A stretch of 64,000 nucleotides of DNA from Promethearchaeota archaeon (GTDB taxonomy: Archaea; Asgardarchaeota; Heimdallarchaeia; Hodarchaeales; Hodarchaeaceae), in NCBI GenBank assembly GCA_048938105.1, contig JBHLMN010000001.1, forward strand, positions 224,001 through 288,000, written 5' to 3'. Shown here piece after piece: positions 29,884 to 39,844 of this stretch. Each line of letters begins with the position of its first letter. Position 1 is the stretch's first letter. The notes below the pieces were generated by a model that was not told the origin of the DNA, searched no databases, and saw only the letters and a program-made list of their open reading frames with translations. Both the position numbers and the translations under genes were made by a program.

Positions 29884-31059
29884 CTAAATAGAGATTTCCT
29901 TTAATTCCTTAGATGTAACACGAGTTTTCCCTGCAATATAAGCGAAAATTCCTGTAATAATGATAAAATAGAATTTCACTAATTGAACTAATATTGCACC
30001 AGCAGCAGATGTATCTGTTCCCAAATTCAATCCCATCTCTAAGAAGACTGTCAAGGTGATCTCCTTCAATCCAGCCATCCCAGGAATGCCGACAGGGATT
30101 GCATCAATTGTTCCTCCAAGAAAATTAATTGCAGCTACCTGATCAAGCAATATTTGAATACCAATAGAGTGTAGAATTAAATAAATAGAAATCCAATGTG
30201 CAACTTGAGAAAAAAAGGCTAATATTAGTGTAACAAAAGACAATAACTTATTTTGAGCTAAATATTTGAACTGGATACTAAAATCATCAATAATTTTTTC
30301 ACTTGGCTCTATTGCATCTTTTGCAAATCTTCCAACAAGAGGAAAGGGGTATAGTGCTTTTAAAATAAGTGTTACAACTCTTTTTGCCATATTAGGGCTT
30401 ATTGCAATAAGAATAAAGAAAATTATGACTAAAATAGATAGTAGAGAGATAATTAGTACAAAAATAATTGCCACATCATCAGACAAAGGTTGACCTGTTC
30501 TATGCTCGATTATATTGCTAAAATATTTTAGCATTGCAAATGCTACAAAGGTTGATATGGGAATGAATGCTATCAAACCACAGAGTCTATGAGCTACAAC
30601 ACTAGAAAGTATTTCTCCACTAGTCGCATTGCGATTTTCTCTTTCATTAATGAACGTTTTAGTTCCCAATGCAATCCTCATCAGACTTTCAATAGCTCCA
30701 GCGCTCGGAATCAGTAATCCATAAGAAAATGAAGCAAGTTGAATACGATAAACTGCTGAAGTAGAAGGTCGAATAGAAGAGATTCCTAAGAGTATTTTCC
30801 ATGCAAGAGTATCAAACAGAATGGCAATAAAAGTAAAAAACGCCCCTGAAACTAAAATAATGAGATCTGCACTCAACATAATTTCAAGCATTGTGAAAAT
30901 ACTTACATTTCCTAAATACAGATAGATAAATAAAACTATAACAGCGAAACTTAGCAATAATAAAGTTTTCTTATCAAATGCTTGTCTTAGAGAGAATTCG
31001 GTCTCTTCTACAAATAATTCCGATGAGGGTTCCACAAAATAGACCTCAGATGAGGTCAT
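29884..31059 (-). CDS. UPF0104-family flippase-like membrane protein
   Basis: Multiple TM helices, LIPSAG, HRL, PVGIPGMAGLKE. Confidence 0.75.
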   Translation of the reverse strand: MTSSEVYFVEPSSELFVEETEFSLRQAFDKKTLLLLSFAVIVLFIYLYLGNVSIFTMLEIMLSADLIILVSGAFFTFIAILFDTLAWKILLGISSIRPSTSAVYRIQLASFSYGLLIPSAGAIESLMRIALGTKTFINERENRNATSGEILSSVVAHRLCGLIAFIPISTFVAFAMLKYFSNIIEHRTGQPLSDDVAIIFVLIISLLSILVIIFFILIAISPNMAKRVVTLILKALYPFPLVGRFAKDAIEPSEKIIDDFSIQFKYLAQNKLLSFVTLILAFFSQVAHWISIYLILHSIGIQILLDQVAAINFLGGTIDAIPVGIPGMAGLKEITLTVFLEMGLNLGTDTSAAGAILVQLVKFYFIIITGIFAYIAGKTRVTSKELKEISI

Positions 31060-31129
31060 GAGGCGAGACCTTCATATATTCTTTTGCTAAAAAACGATAT
31101 GTGCCAACCATAACATAAGATGGTCTAAA

Positions 31130-31339
31130 ATGGATATTCCTGAACTGGTCTTCGTTTACTTGGGGCCCATTCTATACAATCTTGTTTTCATTTCATTATG
31201 GATCCTCTGGTTTATATACCATCGAGATGAAGAAAATCGTGGTGTAAAACGCTTTTTCAGACGATATCTCCAAAACGATAAATGGTTCTATCCTATTACT
31301 GGATTATTAATTGTGGCTTTCCTGTACATACTTCTTTGA
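31130..31339 (+). pseudogene. Truncated, diverged copy of the 5' end of the gene at 32900
   Basis: MDIPELVFVYLGPILYNLVFISLWILWFIYH...FYPITGLLIVAFLYILL aligns with MDISELIFINLGPFLYNLIFILLWILWFLYH...FYPITGCLIVIFLYLLF. The upstream CATAAGATGG is also shared. Confidence 0.8.
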
Positions 31340-32587
31340 TATGATGTGACTTGTTCCATAGCTATTCTGATATTCTTTGATCAACATTTTAGGATCATTG
31401 AAGGCAGGAATAACCCACACATAAGGTTTTGTTACTCGTTGTCCTTTCTTTATCTGATGAATGAACCCCCTTTCATGAAGATATTTTAGTCGCTGAATCA
31501 AAAAATCAGGATGTCGCCCTTTGAGTAAAGTTTTTAGTTTTGAATGGAATCGAAGCTCATTTGTATTGCGAATTTTGTGATCTCCTAGAATTTTAATTAT
31601 TGTAAGACAAACTTTTTTTGCAAATTCTCTAGCATAAACTGTTTTCAAGTCATAAGAAGCCACTAATGTTTTTAATTCGTCATGCTTATGCCATAATCCG
31701 AGTAAAGGATCTTTAGAAACAGACATGCAAAGATCATTGTAGAATTGTATGACTCCTCGCTGATATAGTCCAAATGTATACCCTCTACCACGAAGTTTGG
31801 GAGGATAGGGGGTATGTTCATAACCTAATTGATCACATAGCCTCATTACATTTTCTAGTAATACCTTATTTTTTTGACCAAAGTATAAATTTTTACTTAC
31901 ACAACCATCATCAAGAAGAAATGCAGCAAGAAACTGTACTTTCCATGCATGATATATTGGAGGAAGGTCTATTATAAATTGAATGAACTTAGGGGTTTTT
32001 AAATCGTTTAAAGTAAAACTTGGCATAGTAGAGATAATTAGATAAGTTAATCCCTTTGGAAAGTTTACCCTTTCGCTTTTACCACCAGGACGACGACTCA
32101 AACGCTCTAATAGGTCACGCATAAATCCTTGATTTTTTGGTTGTTGAGTCCAAGTTAATGTAGGACTTGAATTTCTTTTATCAATAGTTCCATCTCCAAT
32201 AATGTGACAGAGTGCTCGCCAGGCGTATATATTCATAGTAAAGGGAAAAGAAAGATTTTCTTTCTTACCGTGAGAAGAAAAACGTATTGTTTGAACTGAT
32301 TTCTCAACTATCTTGAGATCTAATTTAGCTGCTTTACAGAGCTTCCAGAGGTTGGAAACTGAAATTGACATATTTGGATTGTTACGAATATTGCTCAAAA
32401 CTTTGTAATAAATTGAAAGTCGACCTGACAACTTTGAGAGATTACTTCTCCTCAAGAAATTAGAAACAGAAAGCCAAGTATTATAATCTAGAATGACATA
32501 AAAATCTTTTAAATCCCATAGATGTATCTCATTGAAAAAGTTATTATCCCACATTTTCCTGATAAGTGTTTCACATATTGATATCAC
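31307..32587 (-). CDS. Free-standing LAGLIDADG/DOD endonuclease-like protein with a probable C-terminal winged helix
   Basis: Two dodecapeptide-like motifs, ALCHIIGDGTI and FLAAFLLDDGCV, about 95 aa apart. C-terminal ...LIQRLKYLHERGFIHQ...PYVW resembles a wHTH. Confidence 0.7.
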   Translation of the reverse strand: MISICETLIRKMWDNNFFNEIHLWDLKDFYVILDYNTWLSVSNFLRRSNLSKLSGRLSIYYKVLSNIRNNPNMSISVSNLWKLCKAAKLDLKIVEKSVQTIRFSSHGKKENLSFPFTMNIYAWRALCHIIGDGTIDKRNSSPTLTWTQQPKNQGFMRDLLERLSRRPGGKSERVNFPKGLTYLIISTMPSFTLNDLKTPKFIQFIIDLPPIYHAWKVQFLAAFLLDDGCVSKNLYFGQKNKVLLENVMRLCDQLGYEHTPYPPKLRGRGYTFGLYQRGVIQFYNDLCMSVSKDPLLGLWHKHDELKTLVASYDLKTVYAREFAKKVCLTIIKILGDHKIRNTNELRFHSKLKTLLKGRHPDFLIQRLKYLHERGFIHQIKKGQRVTKPYVWVIPAFNDPKMLIKEYQNSYGTSHIISKKYVQESHN

Positions 32588-32899
32588 ATTATAAGGGAGA
32601 TTCTATGATTAAAAAGGTTTCAGACATCTTTCAAATTATATTTCGGTCTCTTTTAGATTATTTTTAGTTCAGGTCCCCTAAATAATATGCTTCTATAGAT
32701 AATTCTGTGAGACAAACTCTTTAGGCTTGTATTCAGAATTCCTCATACTGCTGAATCAATGAGATTCCTATCGATTCCTATATATATACAGTTAATATTA
32801 TATCAGATTATAAAAAATACAAAGGAATCAAAGTAATAAAACTTAATAAATCATGTATTATAATTTTCATTTCTAATAAATTGCATAAGATGGAAAGAC

Positions 32900-34090
32900 A
32901 TGGATATTTCAGAGTTAATCTTCATTAATCTAGGGCCATTTCTTTATAATCTCATTTTCATTTTGTTATGGATCCTTTGGTTTCTTTATCATAAAAAAGA
33001 TCCTTTCATTCAAAAAGCATTCAAAACCTATCTTAAAAGAAATTACCTTTTCTATCCTATAACAGGATGTTTAATTGTCATATTTCTCTATCTATTGTTC
33101 TCTTATGCGATAATAAACACCGATGTTGATGATGCTATAACATCTGCCGTCCGGGCTTTTCTAGAGGGAAGTAATCCCTATCAAGAAAATGTTGTAGAGC
33201 ATTATATAGATTCTGAAATGGTTCTTGGTCGTTATCATTATTTTCCTCCAGATCTACTCATATATAGTCTCTTTTACATCCTTATTGGTCATGTCTTCTA
33301 TGAAGACATCTCCCTTTTGGGAAGGGATATCTCCCTTTTAGGCACATATTGGTTCGTACCATTGCACTTTTTATTAGTAATCCCAGGATATTGGATAATT
33401 ACCCAGCTTGTAGATTGGCCTCATTATAGATTGTTTCCTTTTACTTTACTTCTAATTACTCCCTTTTTGTTCACCAATTCAATGCTCATGTGGTTTTTTT
33501 TCCTTATAGGATATTATTATTATGAAAAAAAAGAAAGACACATCCTTGGTATGGTATTCTACGTACTAGCAGCCTCAGTAAAATACATGGTGGGTTTTAT
33601 TATTCTCTTTTATTTTATTCGTACCATAAAAGAAATTTATAAAGAGGAAGACCCCTTAAACAATTTGAATTTAACTGGATATAAACTTGCTCCTTATATT
33701 CTCTCCAGTTTGGTCTTAACTTTAATTTGTTTGCCATTTGGGCTCATCAACGTCATAGATTCAGTTTTTATATCTCAAGGAGATCCCCAACACAGAGAGG
33801 ATGTTGCTCAATCAGTGGGTCCTTTATTGATTGAAGTCCTTAAATTCTTAAATTTGAAATCTCTCTATCTCCCTATAGTAGGAACCATTGCTATTCTAGC
33901 TTTCATTATCCTAATGAGACAGCCTACATATGACCAAATCATTCACTTCTCTTTCCTTTCTATGATTATTCTCCCATTTTATGCTACAGAGCTGTTCATC
34001 ACCCTTCCTTTCTTCTTTTGGTTTAAAGAGGGAGCTGAATCTATAAAACTAAACATTAATACTGATATCCCATCAGAACTACCGCCCTGA
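32900..34090 (+). CDS. Polytopic membrane protein, GT-C (GT87/DUF2029-like) glycosyltransferase
   Basis: After the second TM: TDVDD...FLEGSNPY...YHYFPP. Later LAASVKY. About 10 TM helices. Confidence 0.6.
   Translation: MDISELIFINLGPFLYNLIFILLWILWFLYHKKDPFIQKAFKTYLKRNYLFYPITGCLIVIFLYLLFSYAIINTDVDDAITSAVRAFLEGSNPYQENVVEHYIDSEMVLGRYHYFPPDLLIYSLFYILIGHVFYEDISLLGRDISLLGTYWFVPLHFLLVIPGYWIITQLVDWPHYRLFPFTLLLITPFLFTNSMLMWFFFLIGYYYYEKKERHILGMVFYVLAASVKYMVGFIILFYFIRTIKEIYKEEDPLNNLNLTGYKLAPYILSSLVLTLICLPFGLINVIDSVFISQGDPQHREDVAQSVGPLLIEVLKFLNLKSLYLPIVGTIAILAFIILMRQPTYDQIIHFSFLSMIILPFYATELFITLPFFFWFKEGAESIKLNINTDIPSELPP
33305..33343 (+). repeat. In-frame tandem duplication with a 21-bp period (DISLLG-R-DISLLG)
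   Basis: GACATCTCCCTTTTGGGA AGG GATATCTCCCTTTTAGGC. Confidence 0.8.
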
Positions 34091-34115
34091 CCCCTAAAAC
34101 CGCTTCAACAGGATG

Positions 34116-34358
34116 TTACCTTTTTCTATCAGCAATTGTAGTAATTACAGAAATACTGCGCACAGAAAAACGTTCATCAACATAAAGAATACGCACATGC
34201 TTCTCTTCTGAGTCAGTGAGACCATGTATGTCTACAACTTGACAGACTCCGGAGATTGAAGGTTTATAATCGTTCTTATTCATCTTTAAGGGTATTGCCT
34301 TCTTGCATATTGAGCAAGGTTCGCAATTGAGATCCACTAAATCAGTCTTAGATGACAT
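34116..34358 (-). CDS. Small putative Zn-binding protein of an Asgard-type family
   Basis: CSIC...DIHG...HVRILYVDERFSVRS resembles the CxxC...H...yvDxxfxvR domain recalled from Asgard genomes. Confidence 0.6.
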   Translation of the reverse strand: MSSKTDLVDLNCEPCSICKKAIPLKMNKNDYKPSISGVCQVVDIHGLTDSEEKHVRILYVDERFSVRSISVITTIADRKR

Positions 34359-34536
34359 TGTCCGTCTCGCCTGTTATGCTTTTGTGAAAGAACTCCAATC
34401 TTTATAGCTTCAAAAACCTTTGCTAATTCTTCGTATTAACTTTCATAAACTACCGATTACATAAATTTAAATAGAGATGTTTTCTCTAAAAACTAAGAGT
34501 ATATAACTATTCAACTTAAAATCAGGGGTTCTACTA

Positions 34537-34872
34537 GTGGATGATGAGGAACTTGTTGCAGACACTCCTTGGGGAAAGTTAATCACCTCAAAAGGATTAA
34601 AAATACTTTTAACAGGATTTGAGAATGATTTGGAAAAATTAGGGAAAAGCCTAGCTCGCATTGAAACACGCTTAGCTGAAATAGAAGGTACCCATTCAGA
34701 TAAAAATGTGAAAAGTCGAATTCAGGCAATTGAAGGGTCTTTAAAGTCACTTGAAGATGATATTCAAGAATTTCGTACTAATCAGACTGCTTTTGCTGCA
34801 CATATGAAGAAAACTCTTCAAATATTCTACTCTAAACTTGATGAAATGACGATTAATAAAGACATAATCTGA
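34537..34872 (+). CDS. Small coiled-coil protein
   Basis: Heptad pattern LEKLGKSLARIETRLAEIE / IQAIEGSLKSLEDDIQEF. Confidence 0.65.
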   Translation: MDDEELVADTPWGKLITSKGLKILLTGFENDLEKLGKSLARIETRLAEIEGTHSDKNVKSRIQAIEGSLKSLEDDIQEFRTNQTAFAAHMKKTLQIFYSKLDEMTINKDII

Positions 34873-34892
34873 AGATGATTTGAAGGGGTAAA

Positions 34893-37151
34893 TTATGGGA
34901 GAGTACGATCCCCTGGAGAGCTAAAAACAGTTTGAATTCGAATGGCGAGTTTTTTTCCAATTTGTGGAACATTAGTCAATTCTTCTAAACTAGCTGAAGC
35001 GATAGCCTGAATAGTTGTAAATTTGTCTAATAAATTCTTCGCTTTTGTTAAATTAATACCTGGGATGGCAGCTAACATGAATAATTGAATTTCTCTTATA
35101 TTTTGTTCTTTTTTTGATACTGTAGGTAACGAAAACTCTGTAGGAGTATCCTTTTGTTCACGTTTCGCCAATTGAAACATAAGTGTTGCAGTTTCTGAAT
35201 CATTTCGAGTAAAAACTAAAGGAATCTGGAAATCAAGAATTATTGAACTAATAGCACCCATAATACTGTTTATGTGAATTTGTCGTCCTATTACTTCTGA
35301 TTCCAACTGAATTAATAATAAAGGCAGCCTTTGCTGTGAAAGTCTTGTTAATTGGGATTGTTGTCCAGGGGATGAGGGGTGAAATAATCGTCCATCTATT
35401 ATGGAACTCACAAAATCTGAATAAGTTTTTCGTTCTACAACCAATCGGTTTGAAAGAACGTAATCACCTACTTCTAGTTCTTGGGATTGTAAGCGAGCTC
35501 CTTGTTGTTTTAATAATTTAGGTACACGAGTTGAAGCCTCACGAGTATCGATAATAATCAAAGGAGTTGAAGGCCCAGGTTCGATGATATCCTTTTTTTC
35601 TTGTCTTACGAAGAATTTATCTAAAGTTTCGATGGTATCGTGAGCTTCCTTTTTTTCTAACAGAAGTTGTAATTCATTCTTCAAGAAATCATTCATTTTC
35701 TTGTTCTTTCTATTAATTGCCCAGTACATTGACTCATCGCGAGTATCTTTGGTCACTAGGTGGATGACTCGAGATTTCTTCTTCCTACCTCTTCCTCGAC
35801 GTTGAATTGCCCTGATGATAGAAGGTACTGAATCATAAAACACAACTAAATCGCAATTTCCAACATCTAAACCCTCCTCACCAACTGAAGTGCTTAAAAG
35901 AATCTGTAGATCACCTCGTTTGAATTCTTCAACAACCTCTAGTTGTTGTTTTTGGGTCAACCCTTTATCTTCCTTCGAGCTTGAATGACCAATGAATATT
36001 CCAGCTTCAATACCACAATTAGATAATTCTTTATGCAGGAACCGAATTGTATCGCGATAATTACTGAATATGATGATCCTAGAGTCTTGGGAGGTGGTTC
36101 TTTTTAGAACATTAGTAATTTCATCTATTAAATGCTGAAGTTTAGGATGAATCAGCGATTTATCTGATAGCACTTTCTCTAGGGCGACAATTCTATGGTC
36201 TTCTAAAAATAACCTTAGGGCTTTTGAAGAGGACTTTCGACGCCATTTTTGAAGGCTATTAAACGCTTGAGGGAATCCTTGACTTTCAACGAGTTCTTTT
36301 AGGTGCTGCACCCGAATTAAATTCGAACTGAATATCAGCAATCCCCCAAAACTAGACTCTTGCTTAGTAAGCTTTACAACTTGTTGGTGAATCCCTAATG
36401 CTTCTCTTTTTCCTATATATTTGAAATCTAAAGCCCCTGGTATTTGTTCTTTTAGGGAAAGAATTAATTCATCCTGATAGCTATGTAGTGTTTTGAGAAC
36501 CTGAGTATATTTCTCAGGAAGCTTAATCCAGATGACTTTCGGAGTATGTATAGAAATATATTCTTTAACATCCAAATCAGTAGTATCTGTTACAGATACT
36601 TTAGTAATCTTGAGATTCTCACACACCTCCAGGATTTTCTCCGGATTGTTTCCAGGTGTTGCAGTAAATCCTATGATCTGACTTTTAGCTTGAGCAGCAA
36701 TTCCTACGTATGCATAATCACCAGTAGCTCTATGAACCTCATCGATACAAATTAATCCGATTTTTCTTAAATCTAGGCGATCATAAGTTACGTCGTTTTC
36801 AATTGTTTGAGGTGTACCTACAATAATCTTGGCATTCGGATAGCTTTCCTTCCGTTTTGGAGGAGGAACTTCTCCTGATACCTCAAGAACCATATCAGAG
36901 GATAAATTACCAATGAATTCACATAACATTTCCTTAATCTGATGAACGAGGGGTCTGGTTGGAGTTAAAATAAGAATTTGTTTGGTAGGGTCTTTCTTCA
37001 GGTAATAAGCTGATAAGTATGCCATAATAACCGTTTTACCTAACCCTGTTGGAAGGACGACGAGGGTATTCCCTGAATTCGTTACACACTCAGAAAAAAT
37101 GACTTGTTGATATATTCGCGGTTCAGCAGTAGTAATGAAAGATTCATCCAA
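34893..37151 (-). CDS. hef: Hef/FANCM-like SF2 helicase plus ERCC4 nuclease and HhH
   Basis: PRIYQ, LPTGLGKT, DEVHRATGDYAY, TATPG, EEGLDV, QRRGRG, IIIDTRE, GDYVLS..VERKT, IPGI/VPQIG HhH. Confidence 0.95.
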   Translation of the reverse strand: MDESFITTAEPRIYQQVIFSECVTNSGNTLVVLPTGLGKTVIMAYLSAYYLKKDPTKQILILTPTRPLVHQIKEMLCEFIGNLSSDMVLEVSGEVPPPKRKESYPNAKIIVGTPQTIENDVTYDRLDLRKIGLICIDEVHRATGDYAYVGIAAQAKSQIIGFTATPGNNPEKILEVCENLKITKVSVTDTTDLDVKEYISIHTPKVIWIKLPEKYTQVLKTLHSYQDELILSLKEQIPGALDFKYIGKREALGIHQQVVKLTKQESSFGGLLIFSSNLIRVQHLKELVESQGFPQAFNSLQKWRRKSSSKALRLFLEDHRIVALEKVLSDKSLIHPKLQHLIDEITNVLKRTTSQDSRIIIFSNYRDTIRFLHKELSNCGIEAGIFIGHSSSKEDKGLTQKQQLEVVEEFKRGDLQILLSTSVGEEGLDVGNCDLVVFYDSVPSIIRAIQRRGRGRKKKSRVIHLVTKDTRDESMYWAINRKNKKMNDFLKNELQLLLEKKEAHDTIETLDKFFVRQEKKDIIEPGPSTPLIIIDTREASTRVPKLLKQQGARLQSQELEVGDYVLSNRLVVERKTYSDFVSSIIDGRLFHPSSPGQQSQLTRLSQQRLPLLLIQLESEVIGRQIHINSIMGAISSIILDFQIPLVFTRNDSETATLMFQLAKREQKDTPTEFSLPTVSKKEQNIREIQLFMLAAIPGINLTKAKNLLDKFTTIQAIASASLEELTNVPQIGKKLAIRIQTVFSSPGDRTLP

Positions 37152-37570
37152 AATTAATCTAACTCACAGATACTAGCTCATAAAAACACTCAAAGATATA
37201 TTTTCCTGTGAATATTAAGCATTTTTTGTTTATCAATGAAACATTATATTCGTACCAATTCACTTAAAAAACCTAGACAGCACTTGATACAGAATAAAAT
37301 GATGGATAATAAGAGATTCTTAATTCTATTCCACGTTCAAAAAATTTTTAGAATAGAGAAAAGAAGAGACTGTACTAATTCTAGTTTATGAGAAATTTTT
37401 TCTAGAAAACGAGAATTAATACAATTAAAAACATTAATATGTCATTAATAGCCTATGTTTTCCAGAAAAAAAAGTTACGAGAATATAAAGATTCATTTGA
37501 AAAATATCTTTAAAAAAGGGGGATCAGGTAATTCATTAAAAATAAGTATTTAACTAAAAAAGTGATAAAA

Positions 37571-38395
37571 ATGGCTGAAAAAGAAGAACCTCAAGAAGAA
37601 GCGACACCCATTACTGAGATAGAACGGAAAATTACCGTAGACCTTTGGAAAACAAAACTACACGGGGAAATTGTAGGAATAAAACAAAAAGAAGAATATA
37701 TGGCTAAATCCCGTCAATTTACTAGAGATCTTGAACTGATTGGTGAAGTTAAGGAAAAAAAGAAAGGGGAAGAAGAGACCATTGGATATGTAGGTTATCG
37801 AAAAGGGCTATGGGATGATGAAGAAGATAAATTAGAAAGACGCTTAGTAATTAAACTATTTTCGAAATCAATGTATTATCAAGGCACCCTAGAAGAAATG
37901 GTCGGTCGGGAGTTCACCCGTTCATTATCCGCACGACATGATTTTCCTAGTTTTAACTTAATGATTGATGATTATGAATACTTAATTCCGCTAAATAAGA
38001 TTCGTGGCGGAAAGTTCGTTCCAGAATGGTTTGTTTTCCGTATTGATGATGAAGAAGGATTTATTCCGATTATTTTAAAGCATAAGATGGGACTTGGAAT
38101 CGATTATCGGGTAGTTCACGGAATAGGTGACACACAATTTGGTAAAATTGATGGGAAAAAGTTCGATGTAGGGGGACGATATGACATCAGCCTTAAATCC
38201 ACGGATGAACGTTTGGTTGATAATGTTCTTGTACGAGTATTAATCCTCTTTGCAGCTTCTTTGAAGTTTCATGAAGAAATTTTTAAGAAAATTAAGAAGG
38301 GGACGAAAAAAATGAGAAAGAATGAATGGCAACCAACACTTTCGAATGAAGAAAAACTTCTTCGACGTAATCCACGAGCGATTCTACGGAAATAA
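37571..38395 (+). CDS. Hypothetical protein, possible tubby/LURP-one/scramblase-like beta-barrel
   Basis: Run of beta-strand-like segments ending GKIDGKKFDVGGRYDI, followed by a hydrophobic helix LVRVLILFAASL. Confidence 0.55.
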   Translation: MAEKEEPQEEATPITEIERKITVDLWKTKLHGEIVGIKQKEEYMAKSRQFTRDLELIGEVKEKKKGEEETIGYVGYRKGLWDDEEDKLERRLVIKLFSKSMYYQGTLEEMVGREFTRSLSARHDFPSFNLMIDDYEYLIPLNKIRGGKFVPEWFVFRIDDEEGFIPIILKHKMGLGIDYRVVHGIGDTQFGKIDGKKFDVGGRYDISLKSTDERLVDNVLVRVLILFAASLKFHEEIFKKIKKGTKKMRKNEWQPTLSNEEKLLRRNPRAILRK

Positions 38396-38413
38396 ATCAC
38401 AGGAGTCTTATCA

Positions 38414-39094
38414 TTGATCCCTGAAGATGAGAGCTTAGAATTCGTAATCGAACATCTCAAGGATATGATTCAAGAACAAGCAGATAAAAAAATAGAAAAA
38501 GTATCAGATCTGACAGATATTCTTTCTAATTTTATGGCCACATTTTTAATAGTGGTTGATGCGTTAATTTCAAGCAGTCAGTCAAGATTTGGGGCAATTG
38601 ATGAAAAATTAGCTGAATTTGAGGATCTTCTACAGGGTACTTCTATTAAAGGGTTATCAGAGCCATCAGAAATATCGGAGAAAAGGCCTATTGAAGAAAA
38701 AAAACAACCAATAGAAGAGTCCGTAGTTAAATCATCCAAAACCCCGCCGATTCCATCGAGTGATGTTGTAATCTCTCCACCACCTCCACCGCCCCCTTCC
38801 CCTTTCCCTTCCATAACCGTTGCGGAAGAACAGAAACCTGTAGTTGAAACCACAGAAATCATGGAAGATGAAATCACTGAAGACGAAGCCATCGAAACAT
38901 CAGAAGATATGGAAGAAATGGAGGTGGAAGATCTTGCAGCATTTGCATTTCAACGGCGCGAAAAAAAAGAAAAAGTCCCTCCCTCTCGTCAAGTCGATTC
39001 AGGACTTAGTGCAGGATCACTCAAATTGGAATTAATGAAAGAACTAAAAAAGAAATTCAGTAGTGAAAAAGACACTCAAAATGAATCTAATTGA
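38414..39094 (+). CDS. Protein with a helical N-terminus, polyproline tract, acidic region and C-terminal amphipathic helix
   Basis: SPPPPPPPSPFP (P7 at 38777-38797), EDEITEDEAIETSEDMEEME, SLKLELMKELKKKF. Confidence 0.75.
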   Translation: MIPEDESLEFVIEHLKDMIQEQADKKIEKVSDLTDILSNFMATFLIVVDALISSSQSRFGAIDEKLAEFEDLLQGTSIKGLSEPSEISEKRPIEEKKQPIEESVVKSSKTPPIPSSDVVISPPPPPPPSPFPSITVAEEQKPVVETTEIMEDEITEDEAIETSEDMEEMEVEDLAAFAFQRREKKEKVPPSRQVDSGLSAGSLKLELMKELKKKFSSEKDTQNESN

Positions 39095-39844
39095 AATCTA
39101 TCAAGATGGGGGGATTCATATCTCCAAGGAGATTTTTAGCAAGCAAAGAGCAACCTTCAGTCCCTCCTGAAGCAATATGTCATTAGGTATGTGAAAACAA
39201 CCACAATTGATCCAGTATTTGTCATACTTCTATTCAGACACCATAAAAAGACACAATAAAATCGAATCCCAATTAATATGAGAGGAACAGTACCTCATTT
39301 ACACTTTCTTTCTTTATTATAGAACCCCCACTTGATTTAAAAAAAGCAGGTTAGTATTGAAACTGATTATCCTCAAGAAATGGATCTAAAGACCACTCCT
39401 TAAGGATGTCAGAGAGAGTGCGATATATATATCGTTTTCCGTAATTCAAAGCCGTCTTTAATAATCCTTCAATGGATAGGGCATCATCAGACAAAAGAGA
39501 TCCTTCGTACCTAGCGAGGTGGAAGGGGTTCTTAAAGGTAACGAAATAGGCCAGAATTACAGAAGAGTATTACTGTCTACATAGGAAGGTATCTCAACAG
39601 ATTTGTGAAATTAATACCAGAAAAAAAGTAACGACTAAAATGACGCTTTAATGATGAAGAACTTGCCTGAGAATAATGGAGTCTCTGAAAAATCTAAAAT
39701 TATGGAAGGGAAAACCAATTAAAATCTAGGTCTAGTTCTCCTCTTACTGTTCCCCTCTGTAAGTCTTAATTGTATTCAGAAAATGGAAGCTGATCAAAGT
39801 AGTGACGCCATAAGGCTATATAATGAATTTTCTGGCCGAATCAG

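Noticed and set aside
31307-32587. Intein or archaeal intron interpretation of the LAGLIDADG ORF
   Set aside because: It is antisense to the interrupted gene, has no Cys/Ser-start or His-Asn-end splicing motifs, and the host gene restarts with its own 5' end.
38578-38892. Gly-rich 104-aa ORF on the minus strand
   Set aside because: Antisense shadow of the polyproline codons in 38414-39094.
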